Sequence record: NC_021531.1
DNA length: 64,000 nt
Reading direction: 5' to 3' (one strand)
How positions within the stretch are numbered: the stretch's first letter is position 1; each line of letters begins with the position of its first letter. The notes beneath the pieces are model-generated. The model made no database searches and was not told the DNA's origin. It was given only the letters and a program-made list of their open reading frames with translations. Below, in pieces: positions 8,854 to 18,630 of the stretch. The translations under genes and the position numbers were made by a program.

Positions 8854-10629
8854 ATGTTTAAGGACGCAATAGATTTGTTAGTGTCCTCGGGAGACGTTCC
8901 TAAGTTTAATAAAGCAATTGCGGAAGGTGTGGGCTTTACGCAAGCTAAGGACGGCATCCACAAACGAGTACATTCTATCCTTAAGCGTGAGCTCGTTCAC
9001 AGCAGTGATAACCCCAAACTTCCCGAGGGTTTGGAGTACGTAGGGCTACGACATATGTCGCCGCTGGAAACCTACGTCTTTAGCCTTAAGGATGACAGTA
9101 ATAAGAAGTCACGTCGACGCGGTGTTGCCATCTCCCCATCTGATAAATACATGGTGGCGTTGGAATTCAAAGTGCCGGGTGTCGGACAGTCGGTGTGGCG
9201 TCAGTTATTCTTACCGTTCATCCGTCGTGGTGGGTTTATGTACTCGTGGGGTACGTTGTATCACGTGGCACCGGTAATCCACACACCGGGCATTGTACGC
9301 GAGCACGGTGGTCTCTTCATTAACTTTGACTTTACCCGTAAGGTTACGTTGCAGTTCTGTGACCGCACGGTGAAGATTCTGGTCAATGGTCGTGAAGAGC
9401 AACTCTTCATCCCGGGTTCTTCCACGCTGTACGGTGGTAAAGGACAAGGCGGTGCAGAGAACGGTCCGAAAGCATTACCTTACTGGATATTCGGCAAGTA
9501 CGGGTTCACAGAAGGTATTAAGCGCATGACCGGCGCAAACGTCTTTATCTATCCTGCACATCGTGTCCATGAGCTGGACTTGACGAAGTATGTGGTCATC
9601 CAATCGGGTGAACGTGCGCACTCTCGTGAAATCCAATATGTTCTGGTCACCGACGCGGCAACAATGCCTTCGTCGACACGCGGGGGTTGGACCGAAGATG
9701 AACACGTCTTACTGGTGATGTGTGCGGCATTCTTCCGCGCAGCGCACTTCTATGCTGGTAAACGTATCGGAAGACGCGGGGGAGGACGTGAATTAGCACC
9801 GCTGTTCACCCGCCTCGAGTTAGAATCCGAAGCGGAAGATTTAGCGAACTTAGACTCCGCCGATACATGGAAGGAGATTCTGGGTCGTAGCTGGCTGGGG
9901 AATAAACCAACGGACATTGATGTGCTTCGCAGTATGGAAACACACTTCTCTGAATGTGAACGTTATCTGACGTCACAATTCCGCGGGGAACTGATGATTA
10001 CCGACCCGGAAATTAAACCGGACATTGACTTCTTCGAATTCCTGTTCTACATCGTGAAGTTAATGACGCGTACTCGTCTGACTCGTCAACGTGATATTTC
10101 GTCCATGTATGGTAAGCGACTGACTGTGACGGATTATTTGTTGTTGGGTAATAACGGCTTTACAGCTACTATTTCTAAACTACGTTGGCGTCTCGAAGGA
10201 CTTGATAAGTTTAGTAACAACGGTGAGCGTGCAAACCTCGGTAAAGTCATCACCGACCAACTGAATCGGAACATTATTGCTAACCTCGTTCAGCGTTCTG
10301 AATCGAGCAATGGTGGTATCAGTACATTCAACGCATCCACCGAGTCTCTGGTGCTGGCTATCTCTACGCATGCTATCTCACAAACGGAAACGGATGTGAA
10401 GAAAGGCGGCAGTGGTAAGACGGTTAACCTCAGCGACAAAACGAAACAAGTAAGTGCGTCCATGGCGGAAAACGGTAACGTGTACTACGTGCCGAAGTCT
10501 GCACCGTTTAAATACAACATGCTGAACACTTACATGAAAACCACACCAACGCTGGTGATGGTGCCTAACCCGAAATTGCGTCCGATAATTTCGGTGATTG
10601 AAAACGATTTGGCCAAAATCGGTAATTAA
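8854..10629 (+). CDS. non-virion RNA polymerase beta subunit, N-terminal part (phiKZ gp123-like)
   Basis: FLPFIRRGGFMYSWGTLYHVAPVIHTPG aligns with the RpoB motif IPLMT..[21 protein letters not shown]; syntenic with the capsid gene. Confidence 0.8.
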   Translation: MFKDAIDLLVSSGDVPKFNKAIAEGVGFTQAKDGIHKRVHSILKRELVHSSDNPKLPEGLEYVGLRHMSPLETYVFSLKDDSNKKSRRRGVAISPSDKYMVALEFKVPGVGQSVWRQLFLPFIRRGGFMYSWGTLYHVAPVIHTPGIVREHGGLFINFDFTRKVTLQFCDRTVKILVNGREEQLFIPGSSTLYGGKGQGGAENGPKALPYWIFGKYGFTEGIKRMTGANVFIYPAHRVHELDLTKYVVIQSGERAHSREIQYVLVTDAATMPSSTRGGWTEDEHVLLVMCAAFFRAAHFYAGKRIGRRGGGRELAPLFTRLELESEAEDLANLDSADTWKEILGRSWLGNKPTDIDVLRSMETHFSECERYLTSQFRGELMITDPEIKPDIDFFEFLFYIVKLMTRTRLTRQRDISSMYGKRLTVTDYLLLGNNGFTATISKLRWRLEGLDKFSNNGERANLGKVITDQLNRNIIANLVQRSESSNGGISTFNASTESLVLAISTHAISQTETDVKKGGSGKTVNLSDKTKQVSASMAENGNVYYVPKSAPFKYNMLNTYMKTTPTLVMVPNPKLRPIISVIENDLAKIGN

Positions 10630-10664
10630 TTTAATACACTAAAACATAATGGAGTAATCAAGAC

Positions 10665-12209
10665 ATGTCTATTACAGCTCAACACCTGAAAGATCTGCTC
10701 ACTGCTGCTACTTCCGGTAACCCACGTCTGAAGACCATCATCGATGGCGCAACAGCGAAAGGTGTTAGCATGGATAACGCGGCGAAGGCAGCTATGATTG
10801 TTGCTAACCTGATGTTCTCTCAGAACACTCCGCCGAACATCGTATCTGCTGCTACAGTACGTACGTTCGAAGCGGTTCTGTACGTTGACCTGTCTCAGGC
10901 GACGGGTATTCAACTCGATAATGCAACGCATAACGAGCTGTTGAACAACCGTCAGCAGGCGCTGGACTTTGTGCAGAAACAAAACGGCAACAGCGGCAAC
11001 CCATTCACCAGCGGTGGCGGTAGCAGCAATAACCCGTTCTTGGGTAGCAGCAACAATAACGCAAGCAACAACAATCCGTTCCTGAGTAATAACAGCAGCA
11101 ACAATACTCAGGGCACCACCAACGATAATCCGTTCCTCGGCACCACCAGTAACAACGGTAACGAAGGCGAAAACATCTTTACCTCCGCGCCGTCGGCACC
11201 TGAAAAGCCAGCGGCACCTGCACAACCTGCACCACAGACTACTGTGGAGCCGGCCAAACATAAAACAATCAAGGCGGGAACCTCAATGGAAAAGTATCAA
11301 GACCATGAGCTGAACGTGGACTATACGACTGCGGCACAACCTCCTCGTAAGACTAACGAAACCCTGAAACAGTTCAAACTGAACGGTGACTGGGCTGAAC
11401 GTGTGTGTAATGCGCTGGACGAAGGCAAAGTCATTATCAACTTTGACGACGCAGAAGTCCTCGGCAAACTGATGGTTGATCGTCGTACCTTCAGCGGCTT
11501 CAACGAGCAGACTCAGGATAAGTTCAACGACTGGATTGAAAAGCATCGTCAGGCTATCAACGATCTCGATGGTCTGCAGGAGCAAGATGACATTCAGATT
11601 ATCATGAAGAAAGTCATCAGCACCATGCACACTCTGCGCGACAACGCGATGGAGTATTTCCGTTACGTTGAAGAAGCTGGCGTACCGAACACGGTGAAGA
11701 TGGATGTCTCTGCGCTGGTTGCGTGTTACCTGAATCGTCTGGAAGAGCTGGTACTCAACGGCTTCCGTATCGGTTCTGGCCAGTGCCATACTCCGGACGG
11801 TCGTCGCTTCGGTATTAAGAATACCTTTGCTGACCTCGCCGACTTTGCTGATAGTGTGTTCAATCACTTCTGCGACAATAACGGCGTGTGCATGGAGCAA
11901 GACTACTTCCGCGAGCTGTATCTGAGCGTTGCTGCGCAGCTTAAGAAACTGCGCCTGAAAGTTCAGGAAGCAGGTGAAGTGGATGTTGAGATGGTAACCT
12001 TCGAAGTCGTCACCGCAGGTAACTACACGAACTACGATAAAGATAACGTGGTAACTGTAAACTCCTTCGGCCCGCTGGCAGAAGTGTTGTCTTCTATCTA
12101 CGAAGTGATCGCTGAAAAGGTACCGTACGCGTCTGTAACCGTACAGTTACCAACCGGTAATATCGAACTGCTTCAATCCCTTGACCTGGGTGCGCCGATT
12201 CGTTATTAA
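10665..12209 (+). CDS. hypothetical protein with Asn/Ser-rich NPF-repeat linker
   Basis: GGAG SD; strong codon bias; low-complexity region about 10985-11260. Confidence 0.8.
   Translation: MSITAQHLKDLLTAATSGNPRLKTIIDGATAKGVSMDNAAKAAMIVANLMFSQNTPPNIVSAATVRTFEAVLYVDLSQATGIQLDNATHNELLNNRQQALDFVQKQNGNSGNPFTSGGGSSNNPFLGSSNNNASNNNPFLSNNSSNNTQGTTNDNPFLGTTSNNGNEGENIFTSAPSAPEKPAAPAQPAPQTTVEPAKHKTIKAGTSMEKYQDHELNVDYTTAAQPPRKTNETLKQFKLNGDWAERVCNALDEGKVIINFDDAEVLGKLMVDRRTFSGFNEQTQDKFNDWIEKHRQAINDLDGLQEQDDIQIIMKKVISTMHTLRDNAMEYFRYVEEAGVPNTVKMDVSALVACYLNRLEELVLNGFRIGSGQCHTPDGRRFGIKNTFADLADFADSVFNHFCDNNGVCMEQDYFRELYLSVAAQLKKLRLKVQEAGEVDVEMVTFEVVTAGNYTNYDKDNVVTVNSFGPLAEVLSSIYEVIAEKVPYASVTVQLPTGNIELLQSLDLGAPIRY
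10998..11181 (+). repeat. NPF peptide repeats in a low-complexity linker
   Basis: Four N-P-F motifs (10998, 11031, 11073, 11127) and one NIF, spaced by N/S/G/T runs. Confidence 0.85.
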
Positions 12210-12227
12210 TCGGTAAAAAAAATATAA

Positions 12228-12265
12228 AGAGATACACCCCCGGTTGGGGGTGTATTCTTTTTTTG
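12228..12265. terminator. bidirectional terminator between convergent genes
   Basis: A run, then gatacaccccc-ggtt-gggggtgtatt, then T run. Confidence 0.85.
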
Positions 12266-12272
12266 TTTCGAC

Positions 12273-15011
12273 TTAGAACTTCAAGTCGGGGTCGGTGCCG
12301 TCGTCTGTCCCGTCACCTTCAGTACCATCATCCTCGGTACCATCCCCTTCCGTGCCGTCATCCTCAGTACCATCGTCTTCAGTTCCATCCCCGGCGTCGG
12401 TACCGTCATCCGTTGTATCGTCGTCAAGCGACATATCGTCCGCGTTATCGTTCATGCCGTCGTCTTCGGTAGTATCGCCCGTTCCGCCAGTATCATCGTC
12501 AAATCCAGTATCGCCGCCACCTGCATTATCACCGAAGCCCATGTCACCACCTTCCTGTCCTACACCGGCTTGTTTAGCAACCGTTTCAACTTTACCGGTC
12601 GCACGCTTAGCCATCTGCAGGAAGAACTGTGCCACTTTCTGAGTTTCGTCTGTGATAGTCTTAATAACATCAGCACGTTTCTCTTCATCGAACAGGTCGA
12701 AGAAGTCAGATTCGATACCGTTGTTCTTAAGCCAGCTGCGCAGGTAGTAGTTCTTAACCATCGCCTTCAGGTCATCCGGCTGCATTTCAATGTTGTTCTC
12801 AGACAACAGTGAAGTCAGCTCTTCAGACATTACAGTATCCGCAATCTTCTCGAGGAATTCAACGCGCTTGTCGAACTGCTCCATCTGAGAGGACGCTGCA
12901 GAGGTATCCGGCGGCGGTAAGGTTACCAACAGATTCTCGGTGAAACGTCGAACGACCTGACTGATTTGTGGCATCAGGTTTTCGATGTTCAAATCCGGTT
13001 TCTGGGTTTTGTAGAACTCAACAACTTCTTGCAGCAACTCAGCCTGCAGTTTCGGTGACGCTGTGGTCATCGTTTTGCAGTACAGAGTAATCGGCTTAGA
13101 GAGCTGTTCTTGTTTCTTGGTAACCTGCTGGGTAGTAATCAACGACTTAGAATAAATCTGGCTGGCGAACTCAAGGTTCTCCGGGGTCAGTACCAGATCC
13201 GGGTCAACCCCGGCGATAGCACACGTACGACGCAGAAGCTTATCATCCAGTTCGGAATCCGGCTCTTTATAGTCAGGCGTGTTATCTGACACAGACACTT
13301 TGTGCGAAGCGTAATGGTCGTTACCTTCAACGTTAAACGCAATACCTGCGTTCGTGGCGTTGGCGAAGGTGTCGTTCATGTCGCCCCACATTGGCATACG
13401 ACGTGCGTAAGAGTTAATGATGTCCGATTTGATACGGTCAACAGACTCCTGCGGGTTCATGTCATCCGGAGACAACTGAATATCGTACTGTAAGTGACGT
13501 GCAGAGTTCAGAATCGCGGTGTTCATGCCTGCGAACAGTAATGACATGCGAATGGTCGAGATAACGAACGAGCGCTCGGTAATCGACACACCGATACCGT
13601 CTTCATTGAAGTCGGTTGCAAAGTACGGCATGTTCTCAGCAGGAACGTACAGCACTTGGGTGTGTTCTTTCGCCAGATGGCGACCGAGCATTACACGACC
13701 AAAGTCCTCGCTGATATCTACGGAAACATCACCGCCACCCAATGCCGTGGAAATCATCCGCGACATTTGGTCTTCGGCCAGCTCACCGTAACGGGCAATC
13801 AGTTTGTTAGCGATGTCAGGCGATACGCTGCCTTGGTTGCCAAGGTTAAGACTCGTGCGGTTAACAATGGAGTCCACCTGACCATCGTTGGTCAAGTAGT
13901 TCATGAATGTAGCATCGCCGTAGATAGACGATTTCGCACTCACGAAGTTACCGATGTCATCCAGAATCAATAACCAACCAATCGGATTTCTTACGTCGCC
14001 AGACAATACTACGGGTAACGCACACTCTGGAGGAACGCGTCGACGAATAGGTTCAAGTCGGTTCTTTTCCCCAAACTCAATCAGCGGTGCTTCTTTATAA
14101 GTGTGCAGTTCGAACTGACGATCGTATTTCGGGTTTAAATCCGCACCAGACATCAGTTTCTTTTCGTCAGCCTGGCCTTGCAGAAGATTCCCACCGCTCG
14201 GCTCAGATAACGTACCCTGCACGCCATTATATGACGGCACGCCCATCTGCTTGCGCAATGCGCCACGCGCGCTCTCCGTTGCTAAACGGCGACGGAAGGC
14301 TGCAAGCTGAGTAATCTGCGGGTTGTCAGTCACCGTTATTTTTTGGGTTGCCAGTTCTTCTTTGAACAGGCCATCCAGTTTTAAAACGAATTCCTGAGGT
14401 TTCTCCGAAGCGCTTGCTGCGTTCAGGATAGACTCCAGCCCAGCGAGTTTTTTCTCTGGGTTGATGTTGCGAAGGATGCCGAGTTGTCCTTCGAACGTGG
14501 ATTTAAGTTTGGTACGAAATGATTCCTGCGCCACCTGCTCGTTGAGGTTAAACATCTCATCGAAGCCGGAGTCGGACGTAATCAGAATCGGCGTTGCACC
14601 TTTCGAACGCTGGGCGTCATAAAGCCACTCGTAAAGGTTACGCGGCAGGTTGTCTACGTCATTGAAGAAATCCCGGACGCGGCGAACCATGTTTGTACGC
14701 AAATCCAGTGGAATCTCATCGTCGAGACATTCGTAAACCAATGACGTTGTTACGAGGTCTTTTGTTGACAGAAGAGATGAGGTAGAGATTGTAACAATCG
14801 TCTCTAACTCAGGCAGTGCGTCGAATATTTTTTCGGCATTACGAATGGCGCGAATACGCGAGCCTGCCATACCTACCAACTCACCACGGGTGGGAGTTAC
14901 ACCGCCCTGGTCACGTTGGCCGCGTCGCTGTTGCGGCGCTGGGCTCGTGGTCTTTCTCAGTATAGCGCTCATCGATTCGTCTTGCGCTGTTAATTTCTTT
15001 AAATCGTCCAT
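12273..15011 (-). CDS. portal protein (phiKZ gp129 / SPN3US gp81-like)
   Basis: About 912 aa from MDDLKK with GGAG SD; AQE-S, GLE-S and ATE-S processing-type sites in the N-terminal third; divergent from a large structural gene as in phiKZ-like phages. Assigned by size and synteny. Confidence 0.7.
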   Translation of the reverse strand: MDDLKKLTAQDESMSAILRKTTSPAPQQRRGQRDQGGVTPTRGELVGMAGSRIRAIRNAEKIFDALPELETIVTISTSSLLSTKDLVTTSLVYECLDDEIPLDLRTNMVRRVRDFFNDVDNLPRNLYEWLYDAQRSKGATPILITSDSGFDEMFNLNEQVAQESFRTKLKSTFEGQLGILRNINPEKKLAGLESILNAASASEKPQEFVLKLDGLFKEELATQKITVTDNPQITQLAAFRRRLATESARGALRKQMGVPSYNGVQGTLSEPSGGNLLQGQADEKKLMSGADLNPKYDRQFELHTYKEAPLIEFGEKNRLEPIRRRVPPECALPVVLSGDVRNPIGWLLILDDIGNFVSAKSSIYGDATFMNYLTNDGQVDSIVNRTSLNLGNQGSVSPDIANKLIARYGELAEDQMSRMISTALGGGDVSVDISEDFGRVMLGRHLAKEHTQVLYVPAENMPYFATDFNEDGIGVSITERSFVISTIRMSLLFAGMNTAILNSARHLQYDIQLSPDDMNPQESVDRIKSDIINSYARRMPMWGDMNDTFANATNAGIAFNVEGNDHYASHKVSVSDNTPDYKEPDSELDDKLLRRTCAIAGVDPDLVLTPENLEFASQIYSKSLITTQQVTKKQEQLSKPITLYCKTMTTASPKLQAELLQEVVEFYKTQKPDLNIENLMPQISQVVRRFTENLLVTLPPPDTSAASSQMEQFDKRVEFLEKIADTVMSEELTSLLSENNIEMQPDDLKAMVKNYYLRSWLKNNGIESDFFDLFDEEKRADVIKTITDETQKVAQFFLQMAKRATGKVETVAKQAGVGQEGGDMGFGDNAGGGDTGFDDDTGGTGDTTEDDGMNDNADDMSLDDDTTDDGTDAGDGTEDDGTEDDGTEGDGTEDDGTEGDGTDDGTDPDLKF
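12290..12400 (-). repeat. degenerate 15-bp coding repeats (GTEDD/GTEGD)
   Basis: C-terminus DGTDAGDGTEDDGTEDDGTEGDGTEDDGTEGDGTDDGTDPDLKF. Confidence 0.85.
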
Positions 15012-15026
15012 CCGGAGTTGTCTCCA

Positions 15027-17198
15027 ATGCAAAGATACAATATATTCGTTGGGCAATGTATTGACTTGGCAGACTCAATGATTATTAAATCAGAGGCAAT
15101 TGCCGATGCCATGAACAGGCCCCTTCTGGAATCCGGAAAACAGATTCCTACGGACAAGTCACAATGGCGTTATTATCAACATCTCGCCGGTCAGCGGTTG
15201 AGCACCGACAGTCCGGTGATGATAACGTCACTGGATGATCAGAAGTCAATTGAGCTTACGGTTGAGAACCTTGCTCGCCATAAGAAGACTTCTAATGTGT
15301 ATCGGGCCAATCCCACGTATATTACCGCGTTGGTGTCCGATTACCCTGACATGGTTGTCTACATCAAAGGCTGCTTCACACCGATTCCACTGTCTGAATC
15401 CTTAGCCGCCCCCGACTGTACCGTTATGCGCTACAGTAGGCTGTTGGTTGAAGAGCAAGAGCAGTCTATCATCAGTGACCTCCAGACGTGGATACTCGCG
15501 TCACACCGACGTTGGATGTCGGAAGGGTGGAAGGTACACAACGATGCTTTTGAAGCGGCATTCTATGCACAACTGTATCCACAAATTCCCGGTAAGATTA
15601 TGGAACTGCGGATGGCACGATGCCACACGCCGGAAGTCCATAGCTACCACGTCGAGGAATTCTTAGCCTCTCACCAGAAGCTTAACGAGTTCCTTCCTTA
15701 CCTGACACCGGCTCAAAAGTTCACGTTGTATCGCAACATCCGTTATTGGGAACGTAACACCGGTAAAGATGATATCTTTACATGGTTAGTCGACGTCTTC
15801 CTGACAGGCTGGAACATGCCAACGGTGGCCTACGACGTGGGCCAGCAGATTCATGATGCGTCGGATGACAATCACCTGCGCCCGGAACCGGTCGGGTACA
15901 AAGTCCCACTTAACTTTGATGAGATTCAGGGCGGTCGTGACCTGCAGTTGGTGTCGACTACTGAAATCATTAATAAAGAGTACGGACTGGCTGACGAGAA
16001 CTACCTCTATCAAGAGGAGATGCTCAACGAGCTCAATGAGAACCTCTCGCTGACTCAGTACCCTGACCAGCCGACGAAGCTCATTGAAATCACAGCGATT
16101 GACCCCGAAGCTGTGGAGCGTGACCAGCTCGATATGACGCTCTTTAATGAGCTGTTACATCTGGCTTGTCTGGGGCGTTACAATATCCAACACGAAATCA
16201 TTAACCCGACAAACGGTGATACGATGCGCATGTCAACCAAAGAGTTGATTGCGCTATACTTGTACGCTGGCTTCCAAGGTTATTCGGGCATCACGCTCGA
16301 ACACATCCCGACATTGAACTGTCAGGGTGTGCTGATTAAACGTTGGGTTACCGTTGATGAGTTAATGGCGTTTCTGCCAGAATCTTATCCGGGTCGTTGG
16401 ACGCCTACTGTTAACTATTATGTTGACACGCACACAGAGATTTACAGCAACTTATTGAGTGCTGATGAGTTTTATGAGTCGGTCGCGAAAATCCTCGAGA
16501 TGAAACGCAACCGGTGGAAGTACACACATAACCGTCGTCGTGGCACGGATACTATCGCAGGTCAGCTGCTGTATCAGTATTACTACCGCAGTTACGAGTG
16601 TGACTTGAAACTCAACTTCGAGAATTACGCTGAGTTCTTTGCGAAGTTTGCAATGGACTACGAAATCATTTCCTCCGAATCCTGGGCCGACATTGCGGTT
16701 GATGCGTTCAATATCTTGACTGCGTACGAGACAAACACCTCGGTTACGCAGAGCGAGATTCAGCGTGCAATGGTGCGACTGCTTTCAATGCTGTCGTCGT
16801 ATACGATTCACTTTGCGACACGTATGGCGTCAGACTCCTTTATCGTTACCGAACCGGTGGTGATTAAGCCCGATGAAACCTTAACGTCTGCATCGTTAGG
16901 TGAAGTGATTATACAGGAAGCTATCGAGCCCATCGATAGCAAAATAAAAGCACGTGGGAATATTGAAATCGATTCACCGATGCCCGATGTGGTAGAAGTG
17001 AATATCCCACAGAACTTTAATTTCTTCTTTAACATGCGTCCTCGTATCGAGGTGCAGGTCGAAACCAAACTGGACGTATCGATTGACCAACCGCTGGCAA
17101 TGCCTGACGTGACATCAATTGATCGTATTCCGTGGGATGGTCGCCGACTCGTTGAACGCGTTGTTATAAGGGATAACGGGCCGTATACCGCCCCGTAG
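15027..17198 (+). CDS. virion structural protein (baseplate/neck-type; SPN3US gp82-like by synteny)
   Basis: 723 aa; GGAG SD 9 nt upstream; divergent from the portal gene. Confidence 0.65.
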   Translation: MQRYNIFVGQCIDLADSMIIKSEAIADAMNRPLLESGKQIPTDKSQWRYYQHLAGQRLSTDSPVMITSLDDQKSIELTVENLARHKKTSNVYRANPTYITALVSDYPDMVVYIKGCFTPIPLSESLAAPDCTVMRYSRLLVEEQEQSIISDLQTWILASHRRWMSEGWKVHNDAFEAAFYAQLYPQIPGKIMELRMARCHTPEVHSYHVEEFLASHQKLNEFLPYLTPAQKFTLYRNIRYWERNTGKDDIFTWLVDVFLTGWNMPTVAYDVGQQIHDASDDNHLRPEPVGYKVPLNFDEIQGGRDLQLVSTTEIINKEYGLADENYLYQEEMLNELNENLSLTQYPDQPTKLIEITAIDPEAVERDQLDMTLFNELLHLACLGRYNIQHEIINPTNGDTMRMSTKELIALYLYAGFQGYSGITLEHIPTLNCQGVLIKRWVTVDELMAFLPESYPGRWTPTVNYYVDTHTEIYSNLLSADEFYESVAKILEMKRNRWKYTHNRRRGTDTIAGQLLYQYYYRSYECDLKLNFENYAEFFAKFAMDYEIISSESWADIAVDAFNILTAYETNTSVTQSEIQRAMVRLLSMLSSYTIHFATRMASDSFIVTEPVVIKPDETLTSASLGEVIIQEAIEPIDSKIKARGNIEIDSPMPDVVEVNIPQNFNFFFNMRPRIEVQVETKLDVSIDQPLAMPDVTSIDRIPWDGRRLVERVVIRDNGPYTAP

Positions 17199-17221
17199 CG
17201 GTCCTAATTACTGGAGGAATC

Positions 17222-17737
17222 ATGAGTTACCGCCTAGACATGACCTTGCGACCCGAGGTCATCTTGCGTTCGTTAGTTAACTACCGTAACCACACGAACT
17301 ATAAAGAGAACCAATTAACATGGCACCCGAGTGGGGCGCGTGAACTCGAAAAACGCTTGCGTGATACGTTGGTACCGCGTTGCGATACTTACGCGTTGGC
17401 GAGCTTCTCACACGGTTATATCGGTTCGCGAAACTTTACCTACCTGCGTGTAGACCTCGACGAAATGTTCGACGGTCAGGTAGCGTACGCGCCTGCGAAT
17501 GAACACACAGAAACTGACGAGCTGCTGCCTTATATCCTCGCCGACCTCGGTGTTAGTCTGACCCGTAAAGACATTATCCCTCTGTTGATTCCTGAAGATG
17601 CAGAGGAAGTAGATGTTTTGATTGCGCCTCGTCATCTGACGTATAAAGGCAAGATTACGGTCTCGCTGACAGGTGGGAAGAAGCGTTTGGTGGAGCGCGT
17701 GTTGATTACTGACGTGGGTCCTTACCCAACTGCTTAA
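17222..17737 (+). CDS. virion structural protein; single-domain member of the tail paralogue family
   Basis: LGVSLTRKDII...TYKGKITV...LVERVLITD matches the N-domain and linker of the 52.7-64 kb paralogues. Confidence 0.65.
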   Translation: MSYRLDMTLRPEVILRSLVNYRNHTNYKENQLTWHPSGARELEKRLRDTLVPRCDTYALASFSHGYIGSRNFTYLRVDLDEMFDGQVAYAPANEHTETDELLPYILADLGVSLTRKDIIPLLIPEDAEEVDVLIAPRHLTYKGKITVSLTGGKKRLVERVLITDVGPYPTA

Positions 17738-17748
17738 TGGAGCAATAA

Positions 17749-18630
17749 ATGTCTAAGGTTTATGATGGGAAACTCTCGACGCCTACTCTCAGTGCCATGC
17801 GTTTAGCAATGGCGTTGATGACCGGCTCGCTGATTAAGTACCCCGAGAAATCAACTCTGAACGAACACTTTAACTTGCTGGCAAACCGTATCCCGGATGG
17901 GACGGAACGTGCAACGTTGAAGTATCTCTGTATCGGCAACCGTGGCCACGTCGCGCAGACTGAAAGCGACGGCTTTACTGACTTCGTACCTGTCGGTAAA
18001 GTGGCGAATGCCTCGGGGATGTTTAACGCAGTGCCGTTCGTGCTGCGTGAACTTGATAATGACCTGAGCGATGCACAGCGTAAGAACTATGCGTTCCGCA
18101 CACAGGTCAACATCAATGGCCGTAACTACTGGGCGTATTACCTCAAGCGTATCGACATGCGTACCGTGGAAACCAACGACTACCTGATTACCAAGCAAGG
18201 TTCAGTGCAGACGGTGGTTGACCACGTGTACACCGACAATGAGCTCTTCCCTAAACCAATTGAGCTGCCGGAGTATGACTACGACGATGATCAGCGCGTC
18301 GATATCCCGGACGGTCGTTACGTAACCTCGAACGCAGATATCAAAATTGTCTTCGATGAGTTCGACGTGCAGGAGTACATGAACGTCACCGCGATTATGC
18401 GTGGTAGTTCGCGTTCTTCTGTTATCTCGGAAATCGCGTTGGCCTCAGGTATTGACGGCGTAGCGACGGGTGAATCTGCAACCGGTTCTCCGTTCTCTTA
18501 CGACGAAGCGCTGGGTGTGCAGGTCCTGTACTACATTACGCTGTACAGCAACCTCGCCATCACCAACGAAAACCTGAACATGACAGTGAAAATCGGTCAG
18601 TCATCGCCGTTCTTTATTGGAGCGGTCTGA
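17749..18630 (+). CDS. conserved virion structural protein (phiKZ-like baseplate region)
   Basis: 293 aa; GGAG SD; conserved position before RuvC. Confidence 0.65.
   Translation: MSKVYDGKLSTPTLSAMRLAMALMTGSLIKYPEKSTLNEHFNLLANRIPDGTERATLKYLCIGNRGHVAQTESDGFTDFVPVGKVANASGMFNAVPFVLRELDNDLSDAQRKNYAFRTQVNINGRNYWAYYLKRIDMRTVETNDYLITKQGSVQTVVDHVYTDNELFPKPIELPEYDYDDDQRVDIPDGRYVTSNADIKIVFDEFDVQEYMNVTAIMRGSSRSSVISEIALASGIDGVATGESATGSPFSYDEALGVQVLYYITLYSNLAITNENLNMTVKIGQSSPFFIGAV

Noticed and set aside
10626-11261. Antisense ORFs over the NPF-repeat gene; likewise 55502-56173, 59370-60164 and the many other short opposite-strand ORFs in the track
   Set aside because: They lie opposite well-supported genes, mirror their low-complexity or biased codons, and lack RBSs.
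12290-12400. Short direct repeats that could be taken for a CRISPR or mini-array
   Set aside because: They are degenerate in-frame coding repeats without unique spacers; no cas genes.
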